Shown here piece by piece: positions 26,191-36,500 of a DNA stretch of 64,000 nt (position 1 is its first letter; each line of letters starts with the position of its first letter). The notes under the pieces are model-generated. The model was not told the origin of the DNA. It searched no databases and saw only the letters and a program-made list of their open reading frames with translations. Location of the stretch: IMG/VR virus record IMGVR_UViG_3300033977_000108, positions 124,001-188,000 of that record. One strand, 5' to 3'. A program made the translations under genes and the position numbers.

Positions 26191-26201
26191 ATTATACCAC
26201 A
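26191..26201 (-). promoter_or_regulatory. Extended -10 promoter element
   Basis: TGTGGTATAAT followed by GGAGG RBS of the exonuclease. Confidence 0.55.
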
Positions 26202-26464
26202 TCAGGGCCCCAGCCAAAAGATACATCAGACGGTCCTTTTGCATGGAACAAGATCTGTTCTATCTCATTTGGGAAGGGCAGATTCATCTGCCTTGCGTGC
26301 AGGCAAAACATGAGAAGCCCCCAATCTCTGGGGCTTGGGGTGGGGCTCATAGTATCCCTAATCGCAGCAATGAGCAGGTCAACCTTGTCCGGCTGCATAC
26401 GCGGCACTTCGCTGGGGTCAAAGCCAACTACTTCGGCAGTTTCCTGTAAGTTATCCCAGTCCAT
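26192..26464 (-). CDS. Hypothetical protein
   Basis: Start refined to MDWDN. Confidence 0.5.
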   Translation of the reverse strand: MDWDNLQETAEVVGFDPSEVPRMQPDKVDLLIAAIRDTMSPTPSPRDWGLLMFCLHARQMNLPFPNEIEQILFHAKGPSDVSFGWGPDVV

Positions 26465-26684
26465 TTTGTTTCTCCAAGTGTGGCTCCGGCGGCCATTCGA
26501 CAACATTCAATGTTTGATTACCGCGGGTGACTCTAAACCTTCCTGAACCATCGCGTAGCAGTTCTATGCGGGCTTCGGTAATCCAAGTATTGGCCTCTAC
26601 AACAAGTTCTTGACTGGCAAGTCTATGTACGAGTTTGCGCCTGCGCGAATCGCTTGCGTAGATTCTACCTATGAGGGCTGCCAT
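26451..26684 (-). CDS. Hypothetical protein
   Basis: Coupled ORF. Confidence 0.55.
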   Translation of the reverse strand: MAALIGRIYASDSRRRKLVHRLASQELVVEANTWITEARIELLRDGSGRFRVTRGNQTLNVVEWPPEPHLEKQNGLG

Positions 26685-26686
26685 AT

Positions 26687-27034
26687 TTACCAGAACGACT
26701 TCGTTTCGCCGGATAAGTAATGGATGTAGCCTTGAGGACCATTAACGAAGCGGGGGCCCCTTTTATCTAATAGCTGCCCTGGTTGTACTTCCCTACTATA
26801 CACTTCTGGGGTCTTAGTCCCATCCTCATCGCGCTGTGGGTGCCATCTGTCGCCGCAGCAGGGGCAGTCTATGCCGCTCTTGCAGCCATAAAAGTATAAT
26901 CCCAGATCCTCTGCCCGGCAGTTTGCATCGTAGCTATTTATTGCTTCTATTACGACAAAACATGAGATACCCTTGGCAGAGTCTGTATCGAATTTGCCAA
27001 AGCCGTTATTCTGATCGAAACAAAAGAAAGGCAT
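26687..27034 (-). CDS. Conserved phage hypothetical protein
   Basis: F.QNN..G.F...IEA...DCPCCGDRW motif. Confidence 0.7.
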   Translation of the reverse strand: MPFFCFDQNNGFGKFDTDSAKGISCFVVIEAINSYDANCRAEDLGLYFYGCKSGIDCPCCGDRWHPQRDEDGTKTPEVYSREVQPGQLLDKRGPRFVNGPQGYIHYLSGETKSFW

Positions 27035-27035
27035 A

Positions 27036-27434
27036 CTAAATCTCCCTACCAATATCCTCACCGGCCTCAACTGCCTTGCCGGAATTTGTAGCCGTAAGGC
27101 CAGTAGATTGAAATGTATCCAGGACTTTCTCAGACAATAGACATCTCAATGGTAAAACTTGTACTCGTTGTGTGCTGAAATAGGCGCGCTCTGGGGTACC
27201 GAGCATGTCCCTGCCCATGCCCACTGGCGTTTCTTTGCCAAACAAGCTTGTCGTTATAATGAGCAAGGCAGGATATTCCTCATCCACTGAGAGGGGAACG
27301 TTGGTATTGAACGGTGTCTTATAACCCCGGAGTACGAAAGTAGTCTCGGATTCTGCTGCTACGGCCTGCCTTATTTCTTTGGTCTGTTCCGCATTCTTTG
27401 CTACTCTAACACTGACATAAACATCAAGGAGCAT
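27036..27434 (-). CDS. Hypothetical protein
   Basis: Coupled to the AAA ATPase stop. Confidence 0.55.
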   Translation of the reverse strand: MLLDVYVSVRVAKNAEQTKEIRQAVAAESETTFVLRGYKTPFNTNVPLSVDEEYPALLIITTSLFGKETPVGMGRDMLGTPERAYFSTQRVQVLPLRCLLSEKVLDTFQSTGLTATNSGKAVEAGEDIGREI

Positions 27435-29515
27435 TAGACCTCCCTATCTGTTTCCAAGATGCCCTGGCTATACATCTCTTGCCGGTGTTTCCGCAGCCCG
27501 TTCCTATCTCTACCGCGCTCACGCCACTCCTTTGGACAATACCCGAAGTGCGTGACATATTCCAGTGCCAGGTCTATCAGAGCTTCTATCAGCTGCGTAT
27601 TCGGCAGGATATTATCCATTGATAGTTCCCAATCAGCGCGTGTGATTTCTGCCGAATCGGCTGCCTTTCTTTGCTCTGTCTTGGATAACTTCTTTATCTC
27701 CGGGTCTTCCAAGATGCGAAAGATAGCGTTGTTTAGGGCGTCTTTTGCTACTACTTCTATGTCGGCGCCGGTCCAAACATGGTCGGCCCAGATTAGGCGG
27801 CCTAAACCATGCTCTTTATTCTCCAACTTTGCCGTCTCTTTCAGATCCTTCGCCCAACGGAGATGATGCTTCTTGGCGATAGCTTGAAGCAGTTCGGCTC
27901 TGCCTTCACTATTTACCTCGGAAGGGGGCAGAGCTGGCAAAACAGCATCGAAGCGACCAGACCGGATTAGAGCGGTGTCCAATACATCTGGTCTGTTTGT
28001 GGCACCGATAATCACAATCTTACCTGCCCGGCTGTCATCGGACAAAAAGGTCATTAGTGAGTTGAATACCCGGGAAGAAGTCCCAGAGTCTCCTATTGAG
28101 GTTCGTCCGGCGGAGAGAACAGAATCTAATTCATCAAGGAACAGAATGACAGGAGCGGCAGATTCCACAGCCTCCAAGAACTTGCGCGTCTTTGTCTCCG
28201 TTTCTCCCACAATGCCGCCGAAGAGCCTGTCAAGGTGGCCTATCATGAAATTCATTCTGGCTTCTTTGGCTAAGGCATTTGCTAAGAAGGTCTTACCGGT
28301 TCCTGGCGGACCGGTCAGGAGCACACCTTTGCTGCATGACCGCTTGTCGCCCACCATCAAGGGACGGATAATCATCCGCCTGAAGTATAACTTCAACTCT
28401 TCGTGGCCGCCTACCAGGTCGAAGCCATGCTCCGGTTCATAAAACTCAACCAGACCTTGATATTCCTCTTCAATAGCCCGCTGCTTTCGGGCGCGGATGG
28501 CCGTGAAATCGACGGGCACATTATCCAGCCAGGACTGCATCAGAACATCCTCTAAATGGCATCTTGACATGCCTGCGGATTGGACGGCGAACAGATGCTC
28601 ATCTACGCCTTCGGCATAGGCCACATCATGGACGTTCCTGCTGGCTATTCTTACAGGATGGCCTTCTTTAGAGTATCTTCGGACCATCTCGGTGAAGTTG
28701 TGCAGCCATTCTTCACGCTCCTCCAGCTTTGGGTGCTTCACAAGGATGCTGCTTACTCTTGAAGAGCCTCCACTGATGCTGTCATGAATATCCGTGGAGT
28801 GGCGGCTGAGAATGATTATCATGTTCTTATTGCCAATGGCTTCATCTGCCGCCCAGTTGCGCAGGTGTACTATAGGCAGCCTATCGGTTAGGTTCAGTTG
28901 GGACATCTGCCCGTTAGGGAAGATGGCATCCCCATCTTTGAATATAATCCTAAAGCATGTCTCAGGTTTCCCGACTTCCCCCTTCTTCCTTGCGGCCTGG
29001 TTCTTCTCGTATAGAGCTTTAGACGCGGCGAACCACATACTCAGCGTCTTCAAACAAGCCATCAAATCGGGCGGGTGGATAATCAGATTCCACGGTACCA
29101 TGCTGTCGTCGCTATCCTTTGCCTCATCGGGATAGCAGGCAGCCATGATAGTCTCCCAGTCTTTACGGGATTTCTCATGGACAAAAGTCAGCCCCTCATT
29201 CAGGCTATAGCAGGCCATTACACGATTGTCGGCTTGCAGGATTTCTTTCTTTTGAGCGGCTGTAGTGGCTTTCATTAGTCTATAATTTACATCCAGTTTG
29301 GTAGCGAGAAGGTCTATAATATGAGATCTACAGCCGCTATTGTCCTGGTAGTCGTTGATGTTCCCGTGGAGAATAAAGGTATGGGCTATCTTCGCTTTAT
29401 AGTCGCGGGCTAATTTACGGATGGCTTCCGGCTCAGGAAACTCATAAGCCTTTGTCTCTTCCACCGCGTCCTCTGATTCGGGCTTTTTGGTCTTATTTTC
29501 TTCGTCCGGCATCAT
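27434..29515 (-). CDS. AAA+ ATPase (classical clade, degenerate N-terminal AAA-like domain)
   Basis: GVLLTGPPGTGKT, LFLDELD, GATNRPDVLD.ALIRSGRFD; N-terminal FILHGN. Confidence 0.92.
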   Translation of the reverse strand: MMPDEENKTKKPESEDAVEETKAYEFPEPEAIRKLARDYKAKIAHTFILHGNINDYQDNSGCRSHIIDLLATKLDVNYRLMKATTAAQKKEILQADNRVMACYSLNEGLTFVHEKSRKDWETIMAACYPDEAKDSDDSMVPWNLIIHPPDLMACLKTLSMWFAASKALYEKNQAARKKGEVGKPETCFRIIFKDGDAIFPNGQMSQLNLTDRLPIVHLRNWAADEAIGNKNMIIILSRHSTDIHDSISGGSSRVSSILVKHPKLEEREEWLHNFTEMVRRYSKEGHPVRIASRNVHDVAYAEGVDEHLFAVQSAGMSRCHLEDVLMQSWLDNVPVDFTAIRARKQRAIEEEYQGLVEFYEPEHGFDLVGGHEELKLYFRRMIIRPLMVGDKRSCSKGVLLTGPPGTGKTFLANALAKEARMNFMIGHLDRLFGGIVGETETKTRKFLEAVESAAPVILFLDELDSVLSAGRTSIGDSGTSSRVFNSLMTFLSDDSRAGKIVIIGATNRPDVLDTALIRSGRFDAVLPALPPSEVNSEGRAELLQAIAKKHHLRWAKDLKETAKLENKEHGLGRLIWADHVWTGADIEVVAKDALNNAIFRILEDPEIKKLSKTEQRKAADSAEITRADWELSMDNILPNTQLIEALIDLALEYVTHFGYCPKEWRERGRDRNGLRKHRQEMYSQGILETDREV

Positions 29516-29768
29516 GCTCCTTTAGTTCCAGATTTAGCCCTAGGAAGTCGGCTGGACCATTGGTGACTGGAGTGTTCCTAGGAAACATCTCCATGCCGAA
29601 ATAAAAGGCCAGGTATTGCTTCAAGGCTTCGTCAAGCGTGAGAACTCCCGACAATACACGATTGACGAAGGGTACCCAGTTTGGGTCTTCTTCCACCCTC
29701 TCCATGTCTATTTCCACTTTGCCGGTGAGGGTGAAGATTACGGTCTTTATGTCCTCATCGTTCCTCAT
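29493..29768 (-). CDS. Hypothetical protein
   Basis: Coupled ORF within the module. Confidence 0.55.
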   Translation of the reverse strand: MRNDEDIKTVIFTLTGKVEIDMERVEEDPNWVPFVNRVLSGVLTLDEALKQYLAFYFGMEMFPRNTPVTNGPADFLGLNLELKEHDAGRRK

Positions 29769-30434
29769 CTACACCTCCCTTACCAAATCAAAGTTCGGTG
29801 CTGGGAAGCCGGTAACCTGAACCAATCCGGTTTCATCTATGGTTATTTCTGTTTGCTGCTGGGTAAAATCAGCAAGCGTGTATCTATTACTAAATAAGCG
29901 GAACTCCTGGTTCGTTGAAGAACTTAGTGGTCGGTTATCTGGCCGCCCCCTCATATAGCGCCCCATTATAGCGAAGTCTAAGTAGTAAGTACTCAAGAGG
30001 TTCCAGGTGGCTACTTTGCTGGTATACGGTTTGTTAGCCGACGTCTCAATAACCGCTTTGCCCTCCTCCGTAATACATAGTGTCTGGTATTGGCCGGCTT
30101 CCAATTCTTTGAGGGAATAACCAGTGAACATTCCAATGCTGAAGTTTGGTATTGCCTCCCTCACTTGCTGGGAAACGGCCAATACATTCTGTGCTTGATG
30201 CATGGGCTCGCCGCCGGACCAGGTAAGACCTTCCAAATTATTGGCTCGCGCTTCAGTCTCTATCCATTTGGCAAGATATTCATTATCCTCCCAGCATGGA
30301 TGGCCTGGGTTTGGATTGTGCGTTTCCGTATTGAAGCAGCCGGGGCAATTCAATAGACAGCCTTGGACCCAGATTATAGCCCGCTTGCCTGGTCCATTGA
30401 CGCGCGTTTCTGATAGCCTTGCGTGTATTAGCAT
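29769..30434 (-). CDS. Radical SAM / 4Fe-4S protein of the NrdG-PflA activase type
   Basis: VNGPGKR.IIWVQGCLLNCPGCFN (CxxxCxxC); SGGEP; SS.NQ. Confidence 0.88.
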   Translation of the reverse strand: MLIHARLSETRVNGPGKRAIIWVQGCLLNCPGCFNTETHNPNPGHPCWEDNEYLAKWIETEARANNLEGLTWSGGEPMHQAQNVLAVSQQVREAIPNFSIGMFTGYSLKELEAGQYQTLCITEEGKAVIETSANKPYTSKVATWNLLSTYYLDFAIMGRYMRGRPDNRPLSSSTNQEFRLFSNRYTLADFTQQQTEITIDETGLVQVTGFPAPNFDLVREV

Positions 30435-30856
30435 TGATGCTCCTTGTTGTCGGCGCCGGAGATAATAAGCTTCGTCATCGCGCTGATTTGGTTCTGTAAG
30501 TCGCGATTGTCCTCGTAGACTTTGTAAGTAGTCTCATCAACTACGAGCATCTTTACCCTACATTTCGGGCAAATAATCCCTATGATGTCGATAAAGATAT
30601 CACCGGCTATCTCTTCTTTCTCCACCTTGCCGTCTATAATAAGCGATTGGAAGCCCCTGCGATAACTGCCTTCCAGCGAGTAAGTCAGCCCCTGACAGGA
30701 GGGACATTTTATAGGGTCAGTCTGAACCTTGCTATCAGGTATCATAACTATGGCAGTTGGTATCCAACTGGGCTCCTGCTCGGGGGGCTTTGGCGTTTCG
30801 GGCTTCGCGTCCGAGACTTGTTCTACCGGATTGTCTTCTGGTTTATCTTCCGCCAA
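30428..30856 (-). CDS. Zinc-ribbon protein
   Basis: CPSC...CPKC. Confidence 0.6.
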   Translation of the reverse strand: MAEDKPEDNPVEQVSDAKPETPKPPEQEPSWIPTAIVMIPDSKVQTDPIKCPSCQGLTYSLEGSYRRGFQSLIIDGKVEKEEIAGDIFIDIIGIICPKCRVKMLVVDETTYKVYEDNRDLQNQISAMTKLIISGADNKEHQC

Positions 30857-31031
30857 GAGTCACCTTCTGGGTCTGCTGCGTTTCATAGAATTCTGGCTTG
30901 GTTTTCTCTTCCAGTGTGCGGCCGAGCTTGGCAAATATCTTCGCCAAGTCCTTACAGCCTGGACCGTGCCCGCCTTGGATATCAACCTCAGCGTCGCCGT
31001 TTTCACCAATGGTTACAACGATTTGTGGCAT
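30843..31031 (-). CDS. DUF2997 family protein
   Basis: I.VTI..NG...V..QG..G..C......LG......KPEFYE. Confidence 0.8.
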   Translation of the reverse strand: MPQIVVTIGENGDAEVDIQGGHGPGCKDLAKIFAKLGRTLEEKTKPEFYETQQTQKVTLGGR

Positions 31032-31309
31032 TGTTCCTCCTTCCAATCAGTATAGAATCTTCCTATGCGGATGAATAGGATACCAGTCTTTGATCCCGTC
31101 CATTTACGCACGGCCTTTGCTACACCACGAAGAGTGAGTTTGTCCAGCATGATAGCTTTCTCCAGAGATTCTATATGCTGTAGTGTAGCCTGCTGATGCG
31201 ATGCGTGCTCCAAATACCCCGCGGTATGCGGTCCATACCTCTGCATCTCTATGTCATCTTCGTGTACGATCTGCTCCCACTTGGCGATAAGGGCTTCTAC
31301 GTAGCTCAT
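31013..31309 (-). CDS. Hypothetical protein
   Basis: Coupled ORF. Confidence 0.55.
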   Translation of the reverse strand: MSYVEALIAKWEQIVHEDDIEMQRYGPHTAGYLEHASHQQATLQHIESLEKAIMLDKLTLRGVAKAVRKWTGSKTGILFIRIGRFYTDWKEEQCHKSL

Positions 31310-31488
31310 TTACCGCTCCCTTCCTGTTTGGTACAAGCACTTTCCTTCTTGATGGTCTTGTCGAGATTCTTCAGGGCTTTTCTTAACTGCCTGTTGCCTC
31401 CAAGTTCCCTTATGGCCTTCTTCAGGCCCTTACGCGCCTTCCGCAAGACCCTAAGCATCCTTTGGTTAGGCATTAGCATATCCTTCAA
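31306..31488 (-). CDS. Basic hypothetical protein
   Basis: Lys/Arg-rich helix. Confidence 0.45.
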   Translation of the reverse strand: MKDMLMPNQRMLRVLRKARKGLKKAIRELGGNRQLRKALKNLDKTIKKESACTKQEGSGK

Positions 31489-31717
31489 TCGGGAACTCGG
31501 GTGGATTAGGCCGTGGGGCTACCTGGCCTATGTGATAATCGGCGTAGGCCTGCAGTGCATCCAGACGCATCTGCTCTTCTGCACTTATCGTCCCTGAAAT
31601 GCTTTTGTCGATTAGGACGCCACGTTCATGATTTGTCAGCGCCCAATTCTCCTCAAAGTGAAGGAAGTCAGCCAAGTTCATCACGCCCTCAAGTTCCCTC
31701 GGCAATTGTCTAGGCAT
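31466..31717 (-). CDS. Hypothetical protein
   Basis: Coupled ORF. Confidence 0.5.
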   Translation of the reverse strand: MPRQLPRELEGVMNLADFLHFEENWALTNHERGVLIDKSISGTISAEEQMRLDALQAYADYHIGQVAPRPNPPEFPIEGYANA

Positions 31718-32123
31718 TGTACACCAATTGGATTTTCACACCCTTGTCGGTTTTTATTTCCCGTTTGCTTGCCAGCGTCAATCCGCGCGCTCGGGCGAGC
31801 TTGGCTGCTTTCCTGGCGGCATACTTCTGCTTGAGCTTCCCTACCCATTTGCTATTGAAGCGCCCGCGGTCATACTCTGAGATGATGGCTACATACTTGC
31901 CATTCTCTTTCTTGAAGCCAAGGTCATTGGAAGACGAGCCGACATACTTACGGGGAACTATGATATCGGCTTTCTGTTCCCGCTTGTCTCCGTGGTAGCC
32001 TTCCAGCTGCTGAGCCTCCTTATTCACCTGTATTGCCTGGGACGAAAAGCCCATATCTTGCAGGGCACCGACTAGGCAGGCTTCATCAGTCATTTCTAAT
32101 TCATAGTTATGGTAAGCCGACAT
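31710..32123 (-). CDS. DUF1257 (Ycf35-like) family protein, copy 1
   Basis: MS.Y......D...L..AL.DMG...L.GY.G...ADI...NDLGF....Y..I..EYD...LKQKYA. Confidence 0.8.
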   Translation of the reverse strand: MSAYHNYELEMTDEACLVGALQDMGFSSQAIQVNKEAQQLEGYHGDKREQKADIIVPRKYVGSSSNDLGFKKENGKYVAIISEYDRGRFNSKWVGKLKQKYAARKAAKLARARGLTLASKREIKTDKGVKIQLVYNA

Positions 32124-32194
32124 TGCTAACCTCCTGTAAATTGTCTCCTATCCAGGTTATCTGCCCTCTTTGGTCAGCTTCTTTAGGAATAAAG

Positions 32195-32464
32195 TCAGGT
32201 TCTGTTCTTCTCGCTTTGCTTTTTCCGGCATTTTTGCCCTCGCGTCCGGGGAGTTATCAGTTCGACGTTCAAATCCTTGGCTACACAATGAGAATCGCCC
32301 CTAACCACATCTTGTATGATTCTTAACCTTTCGTTGTCATAGGTTTCAAGCGCATCCATCAAGGCGTACTGGATGATATTTTGAAGCTCATGAATCTTTT
32401 CAGCAATGTTCAGCAAATTATTATAGGCTGTATATCTACCTAACGGTAGCCTAATCTTTTTCAT
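32195..32464 (-). CDS. Hypothetical protein
   Basis: ORF between the two DUF1257 genes. Confidence 0.5.
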   Translation of the reverse strand: MKKIRLPLGRYTAYNNLLNIAEKIHELQNIIQYALMDALETYDNERLRIIQDVVRGDSHCVAKDLNVELITPRTRGQKCRKKQSEKNRT

Positions 32465-32847
32465 ACATTATACACCAATTGGATTTTTCTGCCTACCGTC
32501 CTCTGGGCTTGTAGGGTCAGCCCTTTCTGGCGCGCAAGTTTCATAGCCTTGCGCTTCTGATAGTGCTGTTTGACGCGATTGATAAAGTCTTTATTGAGGG
32601 CACTATCCATAGATTCTTTCACTAATCCCAGCTCGCCCTTCGAGTTCTTGACGAAGCCGGCTTCATACCGGTTCCCTACCCCAGAATTCGCGGGCAGTTT
32701 GATCTTCACTTCCCGCTTGTTCTGCCATGGGCTTTTGATGGTCAGATTTTCTCCTATCTCTACTTTGCATCCTATGTCTTCCAGCGCCTTGGCAAGTAGC
32801 TCTTCGTCTTCTACGCCCGCGCATTCTTGTTTTGAATAGTGACTCAT
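32461..32847 (-). CDS. DUF1257 family protein, copy 2
   Basis: MSHYS...DEELL.KALEDIG...GF.....KQHY....A.KLAR.KGLTL...IQLVYN, paralogous to copy 1. Confidence 0.75.
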   Translation of the reverse strand: MSHYSKQECAGVEDEELLAKALEDIGCKVEIGENLTIKSPWQNKREVKIKLPANSGVGNRYEAGFVKNSKGELGLVKESMDSALNKDFINRVKQHYQKRKAMKLARQKGLTLQAQRTVGRKIQLVYNV

Positions 32848-32854
32848 TGTCCTC

Positions 32855-33550
32855 CTAAAATGCCACCGTGGGTTCGGTATGGTCTGCCTTGTAAAACGAC
32901 TTTAGCAGGCTGGATATCCTCCTGCTATAGACGCCGCGCTCTACAAGTATTACATCCGGTACTCTGCCGGCGAAGTCTTTCAGTTTGACGTAGCTCTCTC
33001 GCGAATGTCCCTTGTCTTTCAGTGCGGCCAGGATTTCAGGTATGTTCTTCTGCGAGAGATCAAACCAGTTTGGATTCGTACCGGAATCTATTAGTATCTG
33101 CTGTAAAGCGATGTCGTATCTAAAGGAAAAGTAGGCGGTATAATGACAGAATGAACACCATGTCGGTTCATACGGGTGCCTATCAAAGTGCTCCTTCAGT
33201 CTAATCAGCTCGGCGGAGATGAGGCTCCCTCGCTGTATGGTATTGATGTCATATTTGCTTTTGAATCTGGAGTTTACGCCGGTTCGTATTACTTTCCTTT
33301 GACCGTGTGTGTCCATTATTGTGGTGTTCAATTCTTCATAGTCCTTTGGGTCAATGGCGGTATCCGTAAGGAATGCTGCCTGTATGAGGTTCTGGCATTC
33401 CGTACAAAAGTGGCCGTAGATTAGCTGCCTCGTAAGGGTCGGAGCGTGGCCCACTTTCTTGTATTCCTTGTCCTCCTTTGTTATGTCGCCCGTGGCCCAA
33501 GGGCTGAACCGAATGCTTGGCACATCGCCATCATAGAATAATTCTATCAT
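32855..33550 (-). CDS. Hypothetical Zn-binding protein
   Basis: HFCTEC...WCSFC. Confidence 0.6.
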   Translation of the reverse strand: MIELFYDGDVPSIRFSPWATGDITKEDKEYKKVGHAPTLTRQLIYGHFCTECQNLIQAAFLTDTAIDPKDYEELNTTIMDTHGQRKVIRTGVNSRFKSKYDINTIQRGSLISAELIRLKEHFDRHPYEPTWCSFCHYTAYFSFRYDIALQQILIDSGTNPNWFDLSQKNIPEILAALKDKGHSRESYVKLKDFAGRVPDVILVERGVYSRRISSLLKSFYKADHTEPTVAF

Positions 33551-36500
33551 AAGACCCTCTCATTCAGCAGCTCTTCGGTACCAAAGTCCAGGTTCTGCGT
33601 TATCTCCAGGTCTTCTCCAGCCTCTCTGAAGAAATCCAGGATGTGGGACCTGTCATCCAGCACGCGATTTACAAACCAGCGTATGTCCAGCGCGCTCGCC
33701 CTGACATTGATTACCTTGCGGTCCAATGCCTGCTCGGCAGCCGCCACTTTGGCATAAAAGGTATTGTAAACATGGTCATCAACTGTATTCTCCATCACAA
33801 GCAAATAGACATCACAGAACCTCTCCTCCTTCGTCGGTGTCATTACTCGGCTCCACGCCTGCGCCTGTAGCCCAGGCTGCCATAGCAAGTCGGTACAAAT
33901 CACTGATTTGGCAGCAGATAAGTCAACACCCTCTCTTATTTCCATCGTACCGGCTATCCAAAGATGTCTCTCTGGGTCGTCGCGGAAAGTGTCAAACGCT
34001 TCCCTGCGCTCTTCATCATTCCAGCTACCATCAAAGACGATGGGATTATAGCTAGCGAACTCTTTGGCAAGGGACTCCCTCATGGCTATAAAGCCGGATA
34101 GGATAACTATTTTCTCCCCTGCCATGGTTCTTTCCAGTACTATTCTCTTTATGTCGTCCATTTTGCCGCCGCCAGGCGGGCCGTGGTAAATAGGAGCCCT
34201 TGGCGGTTTCATCTTGGCCAGTACTTTATTGAAGTGTTCTGGGCAGGTAGCCGCGATGCGCATCTTGCTCATCTGCGAAATGACCATGGCGGGATTCACC
34301 AGATGGTGCTGTTGGGCGGCCTGCTGGGACAGCGTATTGAATTCTGTCTCAAACTGATTGATAGAAGATACAACCAGAGCCGCTTGTAAGGGATGCATCT
34401 TGGAGGCTACCCGATGCATTCTCGGCTTTGGTATGTGCAAGCCCAGCCTCTCCAGTGAGGACAGTACCAGCGGGTCTTCGTAACTTCTGCGCACCATCTT
34501 GGGTGCCATCAATTCCCAGAACTTGATCGGATTCTTCAGATATGGCAGCATCTTGCGGCTGTCTTTCAGCCCGCCGCGCTTATAGACCACATACTCGCAG
34601 AATTCATTATAGAAATCCGTGGCGCCGGCCGTTCCTTGATAGGGGAATGAAGCGGAGCCACCCTTGAAAATCCAGTGTAGCGGCCAATAGGCATCCGAGG
34701 GCGTATTCGGCATCAAAGTGCCCGTCATGCCCAGATGATGCTTGCCTCGGAATGTGCGTATTGCCTTCCCTACATCGCTTCCCTCCGATTTTATGGTATG
34801 AACTTCATCTACGATGACGGTGGGAAACCTATCCTTTATTCTGCGATAGACTGGGGGCACCCAGACACTATCTACCAATCCACACTCGCGGCACATGCGG
34901 CCTTTTATTGCTCTCGGATCGCAGTTCCTATGGACTTTTAGATTCAAGTCGCTCCATACATTCAGCTGCTTTGTCGTAGTCGTTTGCTTCAACTCAAAGC
35001 CTTTGGATTCAATGATTTTCTTGGATCGCCAGGCTGCTCCTCTCATTCGCCGGTTATCATATCTGCGAACACAGGCGGGATTTACGCACATGTACCCAAA
35101 GTTCCCGGCTTCTTCATGCCCCTTTACCGGCGCCTTATGAAACTCCAGCGGCATCTTCATCAGCAGATTCTTCTGCCCGGTGAGGGGGTCTTCGGAGATT
35201 AGTTTTGGCACATAAGGCCAAACCAAGGTGGAGCCGCAGTGCGGGCACTTGTGCTCATTTAGCACATCAGTCTTACCTTCCGTAAATCTAAAGCGTAGAT
35301 AACCTCTGCGTGCCTTCCTGTCCTTCTTTCCGGCGTCGTCCACGCCTCGGCCGGCTTGCCGCGGGCCGCCCTTGATCCAGGAGTAAGTCATCAAGTAAAT
35401 CTTCCCTGGCTTCTTCAAGTCTGCCAGACTATCTACTATGACATACTGTCCGAAGTATGGCAACACCTTGCTCAAGGCGTCCAAGTCCTTCTTCGTGAAG
35501 ATTCTGGCATTCCTTGGGCCTATCCAGGCGCACTTGTCCGAGCCCCACAACCAGGTCAGCACAGCAGATTCTCTGGTCTTCCCTTGTCTCATTGGCTTTA
35601 GGTCGGCCGCATTATCCTTAGTGGCCATCTGCGGGACATCAACATGGGAGTGGTCAAACAGGGCATCACCAAATACCTCCAGCTTTTCAGTGTAGTAGTT
35701 TATTAGTTCCGGGTATTTTGCAGGCACGCACTTCTTCGGGTCGTAGATTACCCTTTCGTCATAGGCGAAGTAGGTCTCCAGCGGAGTAGCGTTTTCATGG
35801 AAAGTCGTCCATTCAAATACGCTGGGTCCGCTGATAACCAGCTTTATGTTGGGGCGGATTGGCTCACGGAAAATCTTCACAATGCCATCCTGTCCGCTGC
35901 GTGAAGTATCTACTACTTGGTATCTCTCGCCCTTCTGAAAGATAAGCTCTTTGGCGGCTTGCTTGTGCTGTCCGGCATGCCCTTGATAGCCACTGTGTCC
36001 CGTGGGACCTTCCGGGGGTACATAGGTCGGTTCGGCTACAAAGTCGGCTTTGCAAGTAAGCACCATCCCGGCTTCCACTTTGTCGAATAGAGGCCTTGTA
36101 TCTTTGTATTCTGGCAAGAGGTAAGGCGTATTTTCTCTTTCCAGTCGCCTCTTCTCTTTCTTTAGCCAGTTGCCCAGGGTCGTGGATAGATTTACTTCTA
36201 AGCCATAGCTTTCCAATAACCTGGCTATTGGATGCTTGTTTAGTTCGGCATCTATTAGCATCCAAGCTCGGCTCTGTAAGGTCAGTTTTCTATGGCTAAT
36301 GTCAGATAAGATTTGCAGTTCAAGCTCGTCGTCTGGTTTATCAGGATCCGGGCGCTCTATTAGCAGCGCATGCAGTTCTTGGAGCAGCAAAGCCGACATT
36401 ACATCATTGGGAGAGATAACTATACGGCTGCCGCCTTTGTGTAGCGTCACGGAAGGCTTCTCTACCAATGCTAACGGCTGTATGATCTTCTGTTTCTTGG

